Source: an uncultured virus (IMG/VR IMGVR_UViG_3300038423_000132)
Lineage: Duplodnaviria; Heunggongvirae; Uroviricota; Caudoviricetes
IMG/VR virus record: IMGVR_UViG_3300038423_000132
Reading direction: 5' to 3' (one strand)
Length of the DNA stretch: 64,000 nt
This document shows positions 19,225 through 29,900 of the stretch, piece after piece. The notes under the pieces were generated by a model. That model saw nothing but the letters and a program-made list of their open reading frames with translations, had not been told where the DNA came from and did not search any database. A program made the translations under genes and the position numbers. Numbering within the stretch: the first letter of the stretch is position 1; each line of letters opens with the position of its first letter.

Positions 19225-19284
19225 GCCGTTTCCTCCGCGATAAAGCCGTTAGGCGCCGCCGATTGCGCGACGGCACGGGGTAGA

Positions 19285-20028
19285 TTAGCTTGATTTCTTG
19301 ATCTCTTCCTTGATTGGATTCCCCGCGTTATCGACCTTGTATGGCACGTTTGGTTTGATCCCGTTTTCGCCCACCGCGAAGATCGCTCTTTTGTATTTCT
19401 CTCCGTTCCAATAAAGGATCGAAAGTACGCCTCCGTCGCCTGAGGTGCTGGTGCCTCTGTAGCCTGAGGTGCTGGTGCCTCTGTCGCCTGAGGTGCTGGT
19501 GCCTCTGTAGCCCGAGGTGCTGGTGCCTCCGTCGCCTGAGGTGCTGGTGCCTCTGTAGCCTGAGGTGCTGGTGCCTCCGTCGCCTGAGGTGCTGGTGCCT
19601 CCGTCGCCTGAGGTGCTGGTGCCTCTGTCGCCTGAGGTGCTGGTGCCTCTGTAGCCTGAGGTGCTGGTGCCTCCGACGACAAGAGTTCCAGCGGGGGCAT
19701 AACGGGAGATCAGGGCAGTAGCTTCTTCTCGCGTGCCGAAGTATTCGACGATTGCTTTTGGGACCTTGATCTTGCGGTTAATTTCGACGACCTGCGAAAG
19801 TTTGACGCGTGCCACAACCCATGCAGCGTCGCCCCAATTCAGTACTAAGCCATCGCCTGCTCCCCAGAGCAGCCCGTGCAGACCATTGCCGCATCTTGGT
19901 TCATCGTTCCAATCAGGACATTCGACCGGACCAGACTTTGGCCAAACAAAACCATCGTAGCTGGTGCCATCTGGATTGCAGGTGCGGAGCATCAGCGCTT
20001 CGCCCTTCGCTAGTTTGATTCGTTTCAC
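19285..20028 (-). CDS. Phage protein with GTSTSG[DY][GR] octapeptide repeats
   Basis: N-terminal CGNGLHG domain, ten repeats, C-terminal VGENGIKPNVPY. Confidence 0.8.
   Translation of the reverse strand: MKRIKLAKGEALMLRTCNPDGTSYDGFVWPKSGPVECPDWNDEPRCGNGLHGLLWGAGDGLVLNWGDAAWVVARVKLSQVVEINRKIKVPKAIVEYFGTREEATALISRYAPAGTLVVGGTSTSGYRGTSTSGDRGTSTSGDGGTSTSGDGGTSTSGYRGTSTSGDGGTSTSGYRGTSTSGDRGTSTSGYRGTSTSGDGGVLSILYWNGEKYKRAIFAVGENGIKPNVPYKVDNAGNPIKEEIKKSS
19429..19674. repeat. 24-bp tandem repeat, about 10 copies
   Basis: gcctgaggtgctggtgcctc(t/c)gt(a/c) units. Confidence 0.95.
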
Positions 20029-20068
20029 GGTGTTACGCTCCTTTGTTGCGCCTACTGGCGGGGTTGCG

Positions 20069-20269
20069 CTACATCCAATCGTTTACGAGCCGGCGGATGA
20101 TTTCGTGAGCAAGGGCATCGTTCTTCTTCATCTCAGGCGTATGCGGCTTTATGGTGCCCCGCGCGACCAGGTGGACAAACGATGCCATGCGCTCAAGCTG
20201 CTCAGAGAAATACATCAGCGATTCGATGTGCTTCTTACGCTCTTCCTTCGTTCCACAAAGCTCACACAT
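20069..20269 (-). CDS. Hypothetical protein
   Basis: AGGAG RBS. Confidence 0.55.
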   Translation of the reverse strand: MCELCGTKEERKKHIESLMYFSEQLERMASFVHLVARGTIKPHTPEMKKNDALAHEIIRRLVNDWM

Positions 20270-20321
20270 GGCGTGCTCCTTGAGATGCGGGGTTGCGGCC
20301 GGGGCCGGTTAGGCGAAAACT

Positions 20322-20519
20322 TCATAGCTTCGATGGGACTGTTTCCTGTATCTCGACAGCGAGATTGAGGAGACCATGGAAGCCATTCAGCATCTTCTCA
20401 ACATTTTCCGTTTTGACGCTCGCGCACAGAAAGTCTATCGACACTGTAGGCTGCGCCGTCCCGCGTCCCTCGTTGGACGCCTTAAGATGCAGAGTAAATG
20501 AGTGTTGTAACGTGGTCAT
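20322..20519 (-). CDS. Hypothetical protein
   Basis: First ORF after the leftward promoter. Confidence 0.5.
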   Translation of the reverse strand: MTTLQHSFTLHLKASNEGRGTAQPTVSIDFLCASVKTENVEKMLNGFHGLLNLAVEIQETVPSKL

Positions 20520-20557
20520 TGTGTCTTTCCTTCCCAGATGCTTTCTCGTTCCCCATT

Positions 20558-20587
20558 ACATTACGCACGCCAAATGCCCTTTGTCAA
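20558..20587 (-). promoter_or_regulatory. Leftward promoter
   Basis: TTGACA-18 nt-TAATGT on the minus strand. Confidence 0.5.
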
Positions 20588-20643
20588 CACAAATCGTCAT
20601 AGCCTATACAACTTTCTGTGTACCATTCCCGTAAACACCCAAC

Positions 20644-20671
20644 TTGACAATTCTACAAATCAGCCTACAAT
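20644..20671 (+). promoter_or_regulatory. Rightward promoter
   Basis: TTGACA-16 nt-TACAAT. Confidence 0.6.
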
Positions 20672-20894
20672 TCCGAGTTGTTGGCACCATCGCAATGAGG
20701 GGGAAAGGGGGAGCCGCAAGAGGTGCCCCAAAAGTTTCCCCGTTGATGATGACGTTCCGGCCCATCCTGCCGGTTGTTTGCTGGGCCAGGCAGGGGGTGG
20801 TGGCGGGGTGGCACCAGCGGTTTCCATCTCCCCAACAGCAACCCGTCGATTGACGGGGTTTGGGGCGGGTATCCCCGAAAGAGCCAGTGATTGA

Positions 20895-20910
20895 TGTTCC
20901 ACGTGGAACA
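20895..20910. promoter_or_regulatory. parS: parS-type palindrome
   Basis: TGTTCCACGTGGAACA, perfect 16-bp palindrome, intergenic. Confidence 0.85.
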
Positions 20911-21058
20911 ATCGAGGCTCAAAGGCATTCCGCGGGCCGAGGATAGAGGCCCATTTCCGAAGCTGGAGACGCAGGCTGCTTGAACACGCAGAAGCAACGG
21001 ACCAGCACAGACGAGGGGCAGCTCTTTACCGGGCTGCCCCTTCTGTTTGGAGGGTTGA

Positions 21059-21487
21059 TTGGCTCACGTTCAGCAGATCCAGACAGGCCTGAAGGTCATC
21101 ACCCATGTCCACGGCCGGGTCTACCGCCAGCAGCCGGGCCAGAGCCGAATCCAGACGACCGCGGCGCGGATCCAGCCCAAGGCGGTGCAGCGGCGCCGGG
21201 TATGCCTGCTCTCGAGCCGCGACGCGCGCTGGCTGACCGAGTACCAGATTGCTCAGCCGTGCTTTGGACCCGGCTGTTGCCACGCGCACCACACGCGGCG
21301 GGAGATTGAGCGGCTGGTGGCGGCCGGCATCCTGGTGTGGGTGGGCGCTGGGCAGAACGTGGCGACCTGGCCCGACGATTACCGCTGGATCAGCCGGCGA
21401 TCGGGAGGGTTTTCGGTGCTGCAGTTGGTGGACATGCGCCGGATGCCGGATCGCAAGCATTTGGCGAAAATCACCCAAAACGCTTGA
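21059..21487 (+). CDS. Hypothetical protein
   Basis: GGAGG plus TTG start. Confidence 0.55.
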   Translation: MAHVQQIQTGLKVITHVHGRVYRQQPGQSRIQTTAARIQPKAVQRRRVCLLSSRDARWLTEYQIAQPCFGPGCCHAHHTRREIERLVAAGILVWVGAGQNVATWPDDYRWISRRSGGFSVLQLVDMRRMPDRKHLAKITQNA

Positions 21488-21520
21488 AAACAACGCAATA
21501 GGAGCCTCGTAGGGGCGTCG

Positions 21521-21790
21521 ATGAGCACTCAGCCAACCCCCAGCACGGCGAAAACGTCAGAGCTTATCGTGTTTCCGATGCTCGACGCTTACCAGTGTTC
21601 TCGGTGCGGGGAGACGCTCGAGGTGCCCAAGTTCGCCATCCTGGCCGGGGCAGCCAAGCCGGTGAGGATCAAAGGCGACCCGCTGAATCACCTGCTGTGG
21701 TTCGAAGAGCAGGCGGCCAAGCACCAGGCGTGTCCAGTTCGGGAACGCCGGAGCTGGCTGGACGAGATCAGGGTGTGGAGGCCGGCATGA
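21521..21790 (+). CDS. Hypothetical zinc-binding protein
   Basis: CSRC...HQAC. Confidence 0.55.
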   Translation: MSTQPTPSTAKTSELIVFPMLDAYQCSRCGETLEVPKFAILAGAAKPVRIKGDPLNHLLWFEEQAAKHQACPVRERRSWLDEIRVWRPA

Positions 21791-21890
21791 GCCCTGTGGT
21801 TCTTGGCCTGGCCGTGATCCTGCTTTACGTCGGCGTGCTGGTTGTCGTTATCTTCAGATCTTCGAAAGCCAAACCCAAGGAGCACAAGCC

Positions 21891-22373
21891 ATGAGCAGCA
21901 CCGCAACACCGCACCTCCGCCCGGAGGAAGTATTTGGCATCGCCAAGAAAATGTATCTGGAACTTGAAAAGTACAACATCAATGACCATTCCGCCATAAT
22001 CTCGATGGAACACGCGATGTGCGTGCATCGGGAAAACCGGATGAAGATGGACATGCAACAGGCACAGATCGACGCGCAAGAGGCAGCGATGGACGCGGCG
22101 CGGAAGGCGCACGCCGAGGCGCAGGTCCTGCGGGAGGCGAAGATCGCCGGCGAGATCCGCAAGGTGGTCGAGGAGCCCGCGTCTCAAGCGATGGGTGGGA
22201 TGAGGGATAATCCAAAGCCGCCGCGGCTGTCGATCGTGCTGGACAGGCCGTCGCCGGATGCACACCTCGGCGCCAGCGAGCAGGGCCAGCCCAGCGCGGC
22301 CGACCTGGACGCCGATGCGGCCGAGAAACAGGCTGCTGCGCAGACGGCGGCGCCTGCGGAGGTTCTCCAATGA
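21891..22373 (+). CDS. Hypothetical protein
   Basis: AAGGAG RBS, coiled coil. Confidence 0.6.
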   Translation: MSSTATPHLRPEEVFGIAKKMYLELEKYNINDHSAIISMEHAMCVHRENRMKMDMQQAQIDAQEAAMDAARKAHAEAQVLREAKIAGEIRKVVEEPASQAMGGMRDNPKPPRLSIVLDRPSPDAHLGASEQGQPSAADLDADAAEKQAAAQTAAPAEVLQ

Positions 22374-22675
22374 GCGGCCGAACTACACTGCCCAACAACG
22401 CCGAGGTTGTCCCGGGGATTGTGGCCGGAATCTACTGGCCGAAGGTTCGAAACGGCTGCTGGACCGACCAGAACGACATCTTGCTGCGGATTCCCAAGGA
22501 CAAGGGCGTCGACTGGATGTTTGCGGTCGCAGCCGGGCGAGACAACCCTCTTCCGGCGGCTGAGATCATGGCCGCCTGCCAGGCGTGGCCTGAAGGGTGG
22601 ACAGAGGTCAAGCGGGCTGGCGGGGCGTACCCCACGTCCAAGGATGAAGAAGAGATCGAAGGAGTTCCAGTCTAG
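22370..22675 (+). CDS. Hypothetical protein
   Basis: Coupled ORF. Confidence 0.55.
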   Translation: MSGRTTLPNNAEVVPGIVAGIYWPKVRNGCWTDQNDILLRIPKDKGVDWMFAVAAGRDNPLPAAEIMAACQAWPEGWTEVKRAGGAYPTSKDEEEIEGVPV

Positions 22676-22723
22676 TGATCGCTCGACTTCGCATTTCACT
22701 TTGTTATTGTGTACAATGGTGGA

Positions 22724-23272
22724 ATGTACAACAAATCAGCCAACAAGCCCAAAGCAGACCCGACCGTTTATTCCGACCAGCATGGCTTTTACCGGCGCAT
22801 CCCGCTTACGCGGGACCAATACGCTATAGTGGATGCGCATCGTTTCGATGAACTATGCCGCTTCAACTGGTACGCCCAGTTTGCCCAACACACGAAAAGC
22901 TTTTACGCTCGCAGGGCTGAGTGGGATCCGGAAACAAAGAAAAACCGCACTGTTGGAATGGTTGCTCAGATTTGCGGGGAAAAAGAGATACGCGACCATG
23001 CCGATGGCAATACGCTCAACAACCGGGAGTACAACCTGCGTCCGGTTTCGGAATCGCAAAACGCTTGTAACCGTAAAGTCCGCAGTAATAGTAAGAGCGG
23101 ATTTAAGGGGGTAACTTGGCACAAACGGCAAAAGAAATACAATGTTCGGATTACGGTTCTCGGCAAGACCATCGAACTAGGATCCTGCACAGACCCCAAA
23201 AAGGGAGCCGCAATCTACAATGCTGCAGCGGTTGTTTATCATGGACCGTTCGCCAAGTTAAATATTATTTAG
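22724..23272 (+). CDS. HNH-AP2 homing endonuclease
   Basis: DHADGNTLNNR.YNLR, SKSGFKGV, AAIYNAAA..YHG.FA.LN. Confidence 0.92.
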   Translation: MYNKSANKPKADPTVYSDQHGFYRRIPLTRDQYAIVDAHRFDELCRFNWYAQFAQHTKSFYARRAEWDPETKKNRTVGMVAQICGEKEIRDHADGNTLNNREYNLRPVSESQNACNRKVRSNSKSGFKGVTWHKRQKKYNVRITVLGKTIELGSCTDPKKGAAIYNAAAVVYHGPFAKLNII

Positions 23273-24789
23273 CCTTTATTTTATTTCTTCCTCTTACGTC
23301 TCATGCGCAATTCGTGACACTTACCGGGGTTATTCAATCCAGCAACGGACTTCCAGCCTCGAACTACACGATTTCATTTGTTCCGAATCAATTTGGATTT
23401 ATAGCTGGGATTGGAGTTGTCGTTAATAACCAAAGTTACTGCGGCACCGATCCTCTCGGCGCTGTCGTTGGCATCACCAATCCCCAGCAGCCCTCCCTCA
23501 ACACCCCCTCCTACTCAGGCGGCACGCTCGCCGCGGCCAACTACTTTGTTGAGTTTGCCTGGTACACGTCCACCGGGACGGTGACGCAGGTCTCGCCCGA
23601 GTCGACGGCCCAACTCACAGCCCAGGGCAATCTGCAGGTTGCGCCGCCGTCCATTGGCTTGCCAGCAGGCGCGGCCGGCATGAACGTCTACATCGGGACG
23701 AGCTCCGGCACGGAGACCTACCAGGGCCAGACCACGGGATCCAACGTCTACACCCAGTCCGTCGCGCTCGTGACGGGCGCCAATCCTCCCGCTTCCAACA
23801 CCACCATCTGCAAACAGGTTGCGAATGACGCCATCTGGCCCACCGGGACGGGGTACACGGTCTCGATGACTGACCCGAGCGGCAACACGCTGCCCGGCTA
23901 CCCGATGATGTGGCAGTTGCTCGGCCCGAACACAACCATCAATCTTTCCTATGGGTTGCCGTACTACCACGGCGTTGTGACGTTCCCGGCGCCGATCCTC
24001 GCCTCGCCCCAAAACCACGCTCAGCAATCGATCTCGGGACCGCTGTCTCTGGGCAGCTACTACATGACGGCCGCCGGATTCGGTGTCGGTGTCCTGAGTC
24101 CGATCTACGGCGTCGATGTCGAGGGTTCTGGCAACTACGGTAAGATCCACGCCAATGGCACGATCAATGCCAACGGAGGTTACCTGGTCAACCACAGCGG
24201 CGGCACGGCCGGCCAGGGCCTATGCTCGGACGGGACCTCGGTCGATACGTTCTGCAACTTCTTGACCAGCGTCACCACGTATTATCAGACAGTTGCGGCG
24301 AACGGCACAGCGAAGACTCAGCGGCCAGTACTAAACTTCTCCCCGCGGCTCACGGCGACGGACTCAGCATCGCCGGCGGAGACGACGATCGATCTTGCGA
24401 CCAGCGGAGTGACGGCGGGCAGCTACACCACGCCCAACATCACAGTCGACGCCTACGGTCGGATCACTACAGCCGCAAGCACGAGCGGTGGCTACACGTC
24501 TGGCAACAACGCCAATGGCTACTGGATCAAGGACCCCACCGGCCACATCCACCAATGGGGCAGCATCACCGGCTCCGCTTCGGTGAGCACGGGGACGGCT
24601 GTGACCTTCCCAACAGCCTTCACAACCTCGGCGAGCATCGTGGTCAACGCCACCAGCATCACGATCTACAGCAGCGGGATCGGGTTCATCAGCATCGAAG
24701 CCACAACGGTGAACACCACAGGATTTACGGTTGAGGTCGGCGCCGAATCTTCGACGGATGGCATGTACTGGACGGCCGATGGCTACTAA
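23257..24789 (+). CDS. Tail-fibre-like protein with signal-peptide-like N-terminus (start uncertain)
   Basis: KYYLAFILFLPLTSHAQ; AGSYT...ITVDAYGRIT; C-terminal NANGYW....G.I.QWG...VTFPTAF fibre-tip motif. Confidence 0.7.
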   Translation, partial: VKYYLAFILFLPLTSHAQFVTLTGVIQSSNGLPASNYTISFVPNQFGFIAGIGVVVNNQSYCGTDPLGAVVGITNPQQPSLNTPSYSGGTLAAANYFVEFAWYTSTGTVTQVSPESTAQLTAQGNLQVAPPSIGLPAGAAGMNVYIGTSSGTETYQGQTTGSNVYTQSVALVTGANPPASNTTICKQVANDAIWPTGTGYTVSMTDPSGNTLPGYPMMWQLLGPNTTINLSYGLPYYHGVVTFPAPILASPQNHAQQSISGPLSLGSYYMTAAGFGVGVLSPIYGVDVEGSGNYGKIHANGTINANGGYLVNHSGGTAGQGLCSDGTSVDTFCNFLTSVTTYYQTVAANGTAKTQRPVLNFSPRLTATDSASPAETTIDLATSGVTAGSYTTPNITVDAYGRITTAASTSGGYTSGNNANGYWIKDPTGHIHQWGSITGSASVSTGTAVTFPTAFTTSASIVVNATSITIYSSGIGFISIEATTVNTTGFTVEVGAESSTDGMYWTADGY

Positions 24790-24862
24790 GTGGGCCAAGC
24801 GCGCCCTCATCGCGGCAGCATTCCTCGCCTTCACGGTCTTCTGCGTGTGGGCCAGCCTTTAA
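24779..24862 (+). CDS. 27-aa membrane peptide
   Basis: Manual translation MATKWAKRALIAAAFLAFTVFCVWASL. Confidence 0.35.
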   Translation: MATKWAKRALIAAAFLAFTVFCVWASL

Positions 24863-24891
24863 TCCATTCAATTCAAAGGAGAATCGTCACC

Positions 24892-25836
24892 ATGCGTACA
24901 TTCGCTCGGAGCTTTATCGTCGTCGCGCTCATCGCACTGGTCGCCATTTGCGCGGCCCCCGTAGCGGTGGCGCAGGGCAACCAAACCTTCATGCAGCGCT
25001 GGTACTTCGCCTCCGACTTCGGTCAGTGGGCGGTTCGCGGCCAGCAGGCCAACACCTACCAGTGGTCCCCGGGCACCGTCTGCCTCGTGAGCCCCACGGG
25101 CAGCGCCGGAGCGGCCTTCTTCCCGTTCGCCACCAATGCCCCGGTCGAGATCGTTGACGTCACCGGCCCGACAACCAACAACGAGGTTGTCACCCCGTCC
25201 GCGGTCACAAACAGCAACGCCTACTGCACGATCGCGGTCTCGCCTGGCAGCAATCACTACTCGTTCGACGTGGTTTCAGGCACAGGCGGTCTACAGGAGG
25301 TGCTGAACAACATCAGCCGGACGGCGACTGCGCCAGCGATCGTGTGGCTCGACCGCAACTGGTACGCGCTGGCCAACTCCGTGCCGAGCACCACGCCGGC
25401 GGCGATCATCGCGGCGGCCAAGGGCGGTGTCTCGGCCATCCTGGTCGACGACACCACGGCCGGATTCACCTACTACGTGTGGAATGGGTCGGCCTACGCC
25501 TCCGGCACCTGGCTCAACACCAAGCCCACCACGGCCTACGGCGCTGCGGTCGGAAGCCCGACCGGCACGTCCGACACCGGCACGGCGCTGACGGGGATCG
25601 TGAAGGTCACCACCGGCACCGGGACCACAGGCATCGTGTTCACGGAAACCTGGTCGACCAGCAACCAGTTCGCATACGCCCCGACCTGCACGGTGGTCTT
25701 GCTCGGTGCCACAGCTCCGCCAACGCTGACAGTGACGCCCACCTACGCCGGCGGGACACACGCCGTGCTGACGGTCACGGTCGCGTCGGCCATGGCCTCG
25801 ACGACCCCGTACAGCTTCCAGTGGTCCTGCTACTGA
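24892..25836 (+). CDS. Exported beta-rich protein, N-domain paralogous to 26914..30252
   Basis: Signal peptide ending AVA-Q; SGTGGLQE and YVWNGSAY motifs. Confidence 0.75.
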   Translation: MRTFARSFIVVALIALVAICAAPVAVAQGNQTFMQRWYFASDFGQWAVRGQQANTYQWSPGTVCLVSPTGSAGAAFFPFATNAPVEIVDVTGPTTNNEVVTPSAVTNSNAYCTIAVSPGSNHYSFDVVSGTGGLQEVLNNISRTATAPAIVWLDRNWYALANSVPSTTPAAIIAAAKGGVSAILVDDTTAGFTYYVWNGSAYASGTWLNTKPTTAYGAAVGSPTGTSDTGTALTGIVKVTTGTGTTGIVFTETWSTSNQFAYAPTCTVVLLGATAPPTLTVTPTYAGGTHAVLTVTVASAMASTTPYSFQWSCY

Positions 25837-25950
25837 GTTCCCCGCGCAGATTCATTCGCGGGCCGCGGCTCCAATTCGGAGCCGATCAATGGGCTGGGTT
25901 CTCTCAGGAGGCCCAGCCCTCACATCTAAGGGACGAGAGGAGCCCCTGAC

Positions 25951-26874
25951 ATGACCAAGATCCGCTTCGCAGTCATTGCGGCAATATGCCTGCTGGGGGC
26001 GAGCCTCGCCAGCGCACAGTACGTCAACCCATCGGCCCCAAACTACGGCGTCAACAAGATGGGCCAGTGCTACAACTCCACCCTGAATAACTGGGTCGAC
26101 GTTCTGCCCACGACGGCCAACTACACCGTCTATCCCGTCCAGTGCGATCAGTATGGGAACCTCACCGGAGTGAGTGCACCGGCGAAGATCTCCACCTCCG
26201 CCATCACGGTCAACTCCCTGGCGAGCGGGACGGACACGACAGCCGGAACAGCATCGACCACCGGCGGCACCATGACGGCCTCGGCGTACAACTACGCTCG
26301 GATCGTCGCCATCGATGCGGCCGGAAATCACACTGCCCCAAACACCATCTCCGCGGCAAAGACGACCACAGGTACGACCGCCAGCATCGCGTGGTCATGG
26401 ACGGCAGTCACGGGCGCGCTCTCCTACCAAGTGTGGGTCTGCACGGGATCATCGTGCACGCCGGCACACTATTTTACGAGCCCCACAAACGTCTATCTGC
26501 AGACATTGCCCGCAACGAGCGGCACAAGCGGCACCCTCCCGACCGTCAACAACACGGGTCAGATAACCGGGATGCTCGGTTCTCCCTACTGGGCAGACCA
26601 CGTGGATGGATACAGCATTCTTTCGACGGATGCGAACATCCGCGTGACCGGCGCATCTAACGCCGTGGTTACTCTGCCCGTGGCGGGATTGATGCAGGGC
26701 CAGATCATCAGGGTGAGCAATAAGTTGACGAACTCCGCGAACGTCACGGTGAATGCTGTCGGCGGTCCCGCGATCGGCAACTCAGGCAATGACACCTCGG
26801 AAGTGGTTTGGACCTACGGCAGCACCGACACGTTCCAGTGGGACGGCACGATGTGGTGGGTGATTGCCCACTAA
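25951..26874 (+). CDS. Exported protein with FN3-like module and fibre-like C-terminus
   Basis: Signal peptide ending ASA-Q; WTAVTGALSYQVW; VTLP...WDGTMWWV. Confidence 0.75.
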   Translation: MTKIRFAVIAAICLLGASLASAQYVNPSAPNYGVNKMGQCYNSTLNNWVDVLPTTANYTVYPVQCDQYGNLTGVSAPAKISTSAITVNSLASGTDTTAGTASTTGGTMTASAYNYARIVAIDAAGNHTAPNTISAAKTTTGTTASIAWSWTAVTGALSYQVWVCTGSSCTPAHYFTSPTNVYLQTLPATSGTSGTLPTVNNTGQITGMLGSPYWADHVDGYSILSTDANIRVTGASNAVVTLPVAGLMQGQIIRVSNKLTNSANVTVNAVGGPAIGNSGNDTSEVVWTYGSTDTFQWDGTMWWVIAH

Positions 26875-26913
26875 GCGGGAGGATAAGCTGAAGAAACAAG
26901 AGGAACAGCACCA

Positions 26914-29900
26914 GTGAAAACATCCAATGTGCTGAGAGCGATCTTCTGGGCAGCCGTGTATGCGTTCCTGATATGGGGAGCGTGCGCCTACGGCCAAGGT
27001 TCGAACGGCGGCATCCTCTATGCCTCCGACTTTGCCGCGTGGTCCCTGCCGCAAGGGACGGGGCCGGCCAACGGGATGATCGCTTGGCCCAGCGCGCAGG
27101 TGTGCCAGATCTCCACGGTGGGCGGCTACAGCTTCACGGCGCCGAAGGTGGGTCGCAAGCTCACCATCGTGGATAACGGAGTTCCGGCGCACACGGAGAC
27201 CGTGACGCCGACGCAGGTGACCGTGGGACCAGGTGGCTGTTCGCTGACGGCCACAATGAGCTACTCGCACTTGAGCTATACCGTCAAGAGCGGCACGGCC
27301 GGGCTGCAGGAGGCGATCGACTACCAGACGGGCTTGCCGCAGGGCGCGCTGGTGGTTTTGACTCCGGCGTGGACGTTGGCCGGCGGGACCACGGGCATGA
27401 TCACCGGAGCCTACGGAACATCGCTGGTGTCGATCTCCGATCAGCGAGATGCTGTGCTGATTGCCTACACTTGGAACGGAAGCGCCTACGTGGCGACTTC
27501 GTTTGGAGGAAGCGCCTGCGATCCCAATACCATCCCCAACGGCTGCACTGGAGGCACTTCATTGCTTGCGGCGCAAGGAAGTTTGGGGATCTCTCCGGTC
27601 CAAAACATCGTCAAGTATGGCGCGGTCATCGATGGCATGTCGGGAACAGACATCGGTCCTGCAGTACAGAGCGCGATCGCGGCCTGCCCGGGCGACAGCG
27701 GCACAGGCGGCGTGTCCTGCACTGTGCTGCTGCCCTGCACCGGCGTGGGTTGCTATTGGAAGACGCAGACCGCCATTACTTCTGCGTATTCGAAATCGAT
27801 CCTGATTCTCATCGAAGGAAAGGTGCAGTTAGGCGATACACTTCTTGAAAACTCTTTCATCGTGCTGCAAGGGAATTCGGGCGGAACGCCTCAAGGATTC
27901 CAGAACCGCGGCCCAGCGGCGGAGATTCATGGCGCGCCGTGGAAGGGCACGATGGGGACGGCGATCACATCGATCGGGAGCCACAGCTTCACGCCGACAT
28001 TCACCACCGGTGTGATCGGAAACTTGAGTACAAATTCATGGCTCACCATCGTAGATCCTGTGACCGTCACAACGATCGGCACTGTGACACGGACGGCATG
28101 GACGGGAAACAGCCCCAACGTGTCGGCAACGCTGACCTCCTACACTCGGATGGCGCCGGGTTCGCTCATCACTGTCAGCGGGTGCACGGATTCCAGCTTC
28201 AACGTGACAAACACCTTCGTGATTGCGGTGAACTACCAGAAGCACCTGATCTCGTGGGCAGAGGACCAAGCGGCGGGAACCACGACCGGCTGCACGATCA
28301 CCGGGTGGAACCAGGACAGCTTTGAGTCCACGCGGCTGACGAACGTGGGGAGTTCCACCCTGACCGCAACGTTCCGCAAAACGCATCTCGCAACCGCGCA
28401 TTGGGGGATTGCCGGTGTCGCGTTGCCGGCCGGAGTCGGTCCTTATGAGCTCGACTATCTGGAGATCCAGTCCGCGACCGGCGCTCAGTTTGTAACGGGT
28501 GATACGGTCGACGCAACGTTGATCGGGGATGGATTCGCGGCGTCCGCCAATGTGACCTCCATCGGTGCCGACGTAAACCTCGGGCTCTCGACTGTCAGAG
28601 ATGTCTCGGTTGCCTCGTCGCTGGCCTCGTTCTGGACGTGTTACACCACCGGATACCAGAACTGCGCTGAGCCGAGTTTCCCTTCGGGAGCGTGGCGTTG
28701 CACCTACTACGGAGACGTTCCGAATGAGGGCGGCTGCGGACATACGAGCTTCAAGGACACGACATTTTACGGTGGCTTCGAGGCAGATAGCAATCAGAGG
28801 ACGGCCTCGGTGTCAATGCCCGACTTCGAGCATGTCGAGTTTCGCATGTCACCGCAGTACGCGGTTGACATCGACAATCGATACGGCTCCTCTAACCCCT
28901 TTCAACTCGACTACGCAGTTCCAGAAGACAACGCAATCGGCACACCGGTTCTTTGCACTGTGGGAACCACTGATGGAGATGCGGGGTATTTCGTTGGACC
29001 AGTGCACGTCGGCCGATGGGAATCGTCGGCGACCTACTGCCTCGCGCCTCCGGACTTCAACGGTCGGCTGATTGCGTGGCCCACGGATAACTTAGAGTTG
29101 CCAGTGAGGCCGGGTTTCCCGGCGGGAACCTTTGATTCGGGTGGAAAGCAACTGACGGAATTCTACGGACAGGATGCTGGACTCGGGCCGAGCGTGATTC
29201 CGTTCGCAACCCAAGCGGTCAATTCCGCGGCGAACGTCTCAGGACAATGCGTCTCTTCAGGTAAATGCACAGTCAGCACGGTCGTCGGGCCGGACGGGTC
29301 TGCCGACGCAATTGAGATCAAGGCAATCTCGGATGCCGCCTATCCCCCGCCGTATGGCTGGACCGGATCAATCGCCACTTATGCCGGAGACTGGATTCTC
29401 TACGGAGCGAAAGTGCGGCACGGCGCCGGGCTGAATGCGCCGAGTTCTCTCGCTGGTAACGCCTCTCTGGACATAGCGAGCTTCGGCACGGACAGCTTTA
29501 TCGGCAACTCTCCGCAGTTCTGGCAGATGGGGATCACGCTCAACGGGGATTGGGAATCAATCGTGGGAGCCGCCACAGTCGTGACGGGTGAGGCGACGCC
29601 GCACACCGTGGGCTTGCGGATGTGGCCAGGCCCCTTGAGCACAGAAGGCAACCAGTTCTACAACTGGTTTGTCATCGTCGTGCCAGGGCCAAACAACCCC
29701 GCATGGGACTTGGTGACGACCGGGGAGACCATCGAGCGGGTGCGGCGCGATCTGTTGCACGGCGCGGTTCCATCGAGCTTCAATCATCCGGGCATTGCAG
29801 TAACACTTGAAAGAGTCGCTGCCCCAGAATTTGACATTCTAACTCCAGCTACGGGCGCGATTACACCGATCGCAGGCACCCCGCAGTCGGTTATCATTGT

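Noticed and set aside
19429..19674. Possible CRISPR array
   Set aside because: Head-to-tail repeats with no unique spacers, in frame within a CDS; no cas genes
19221..19700. APAPQATE-repeat ORF
   Set aside because: Alternate frame of the same repeat; 19285..20028 has the RBS and recognisable flanking domains
23116..23256. TTG start at 23116 for the fibre gene
   Set aside because: Lies deep inside the HNH gene with no RBS and would bury the signal-like leader
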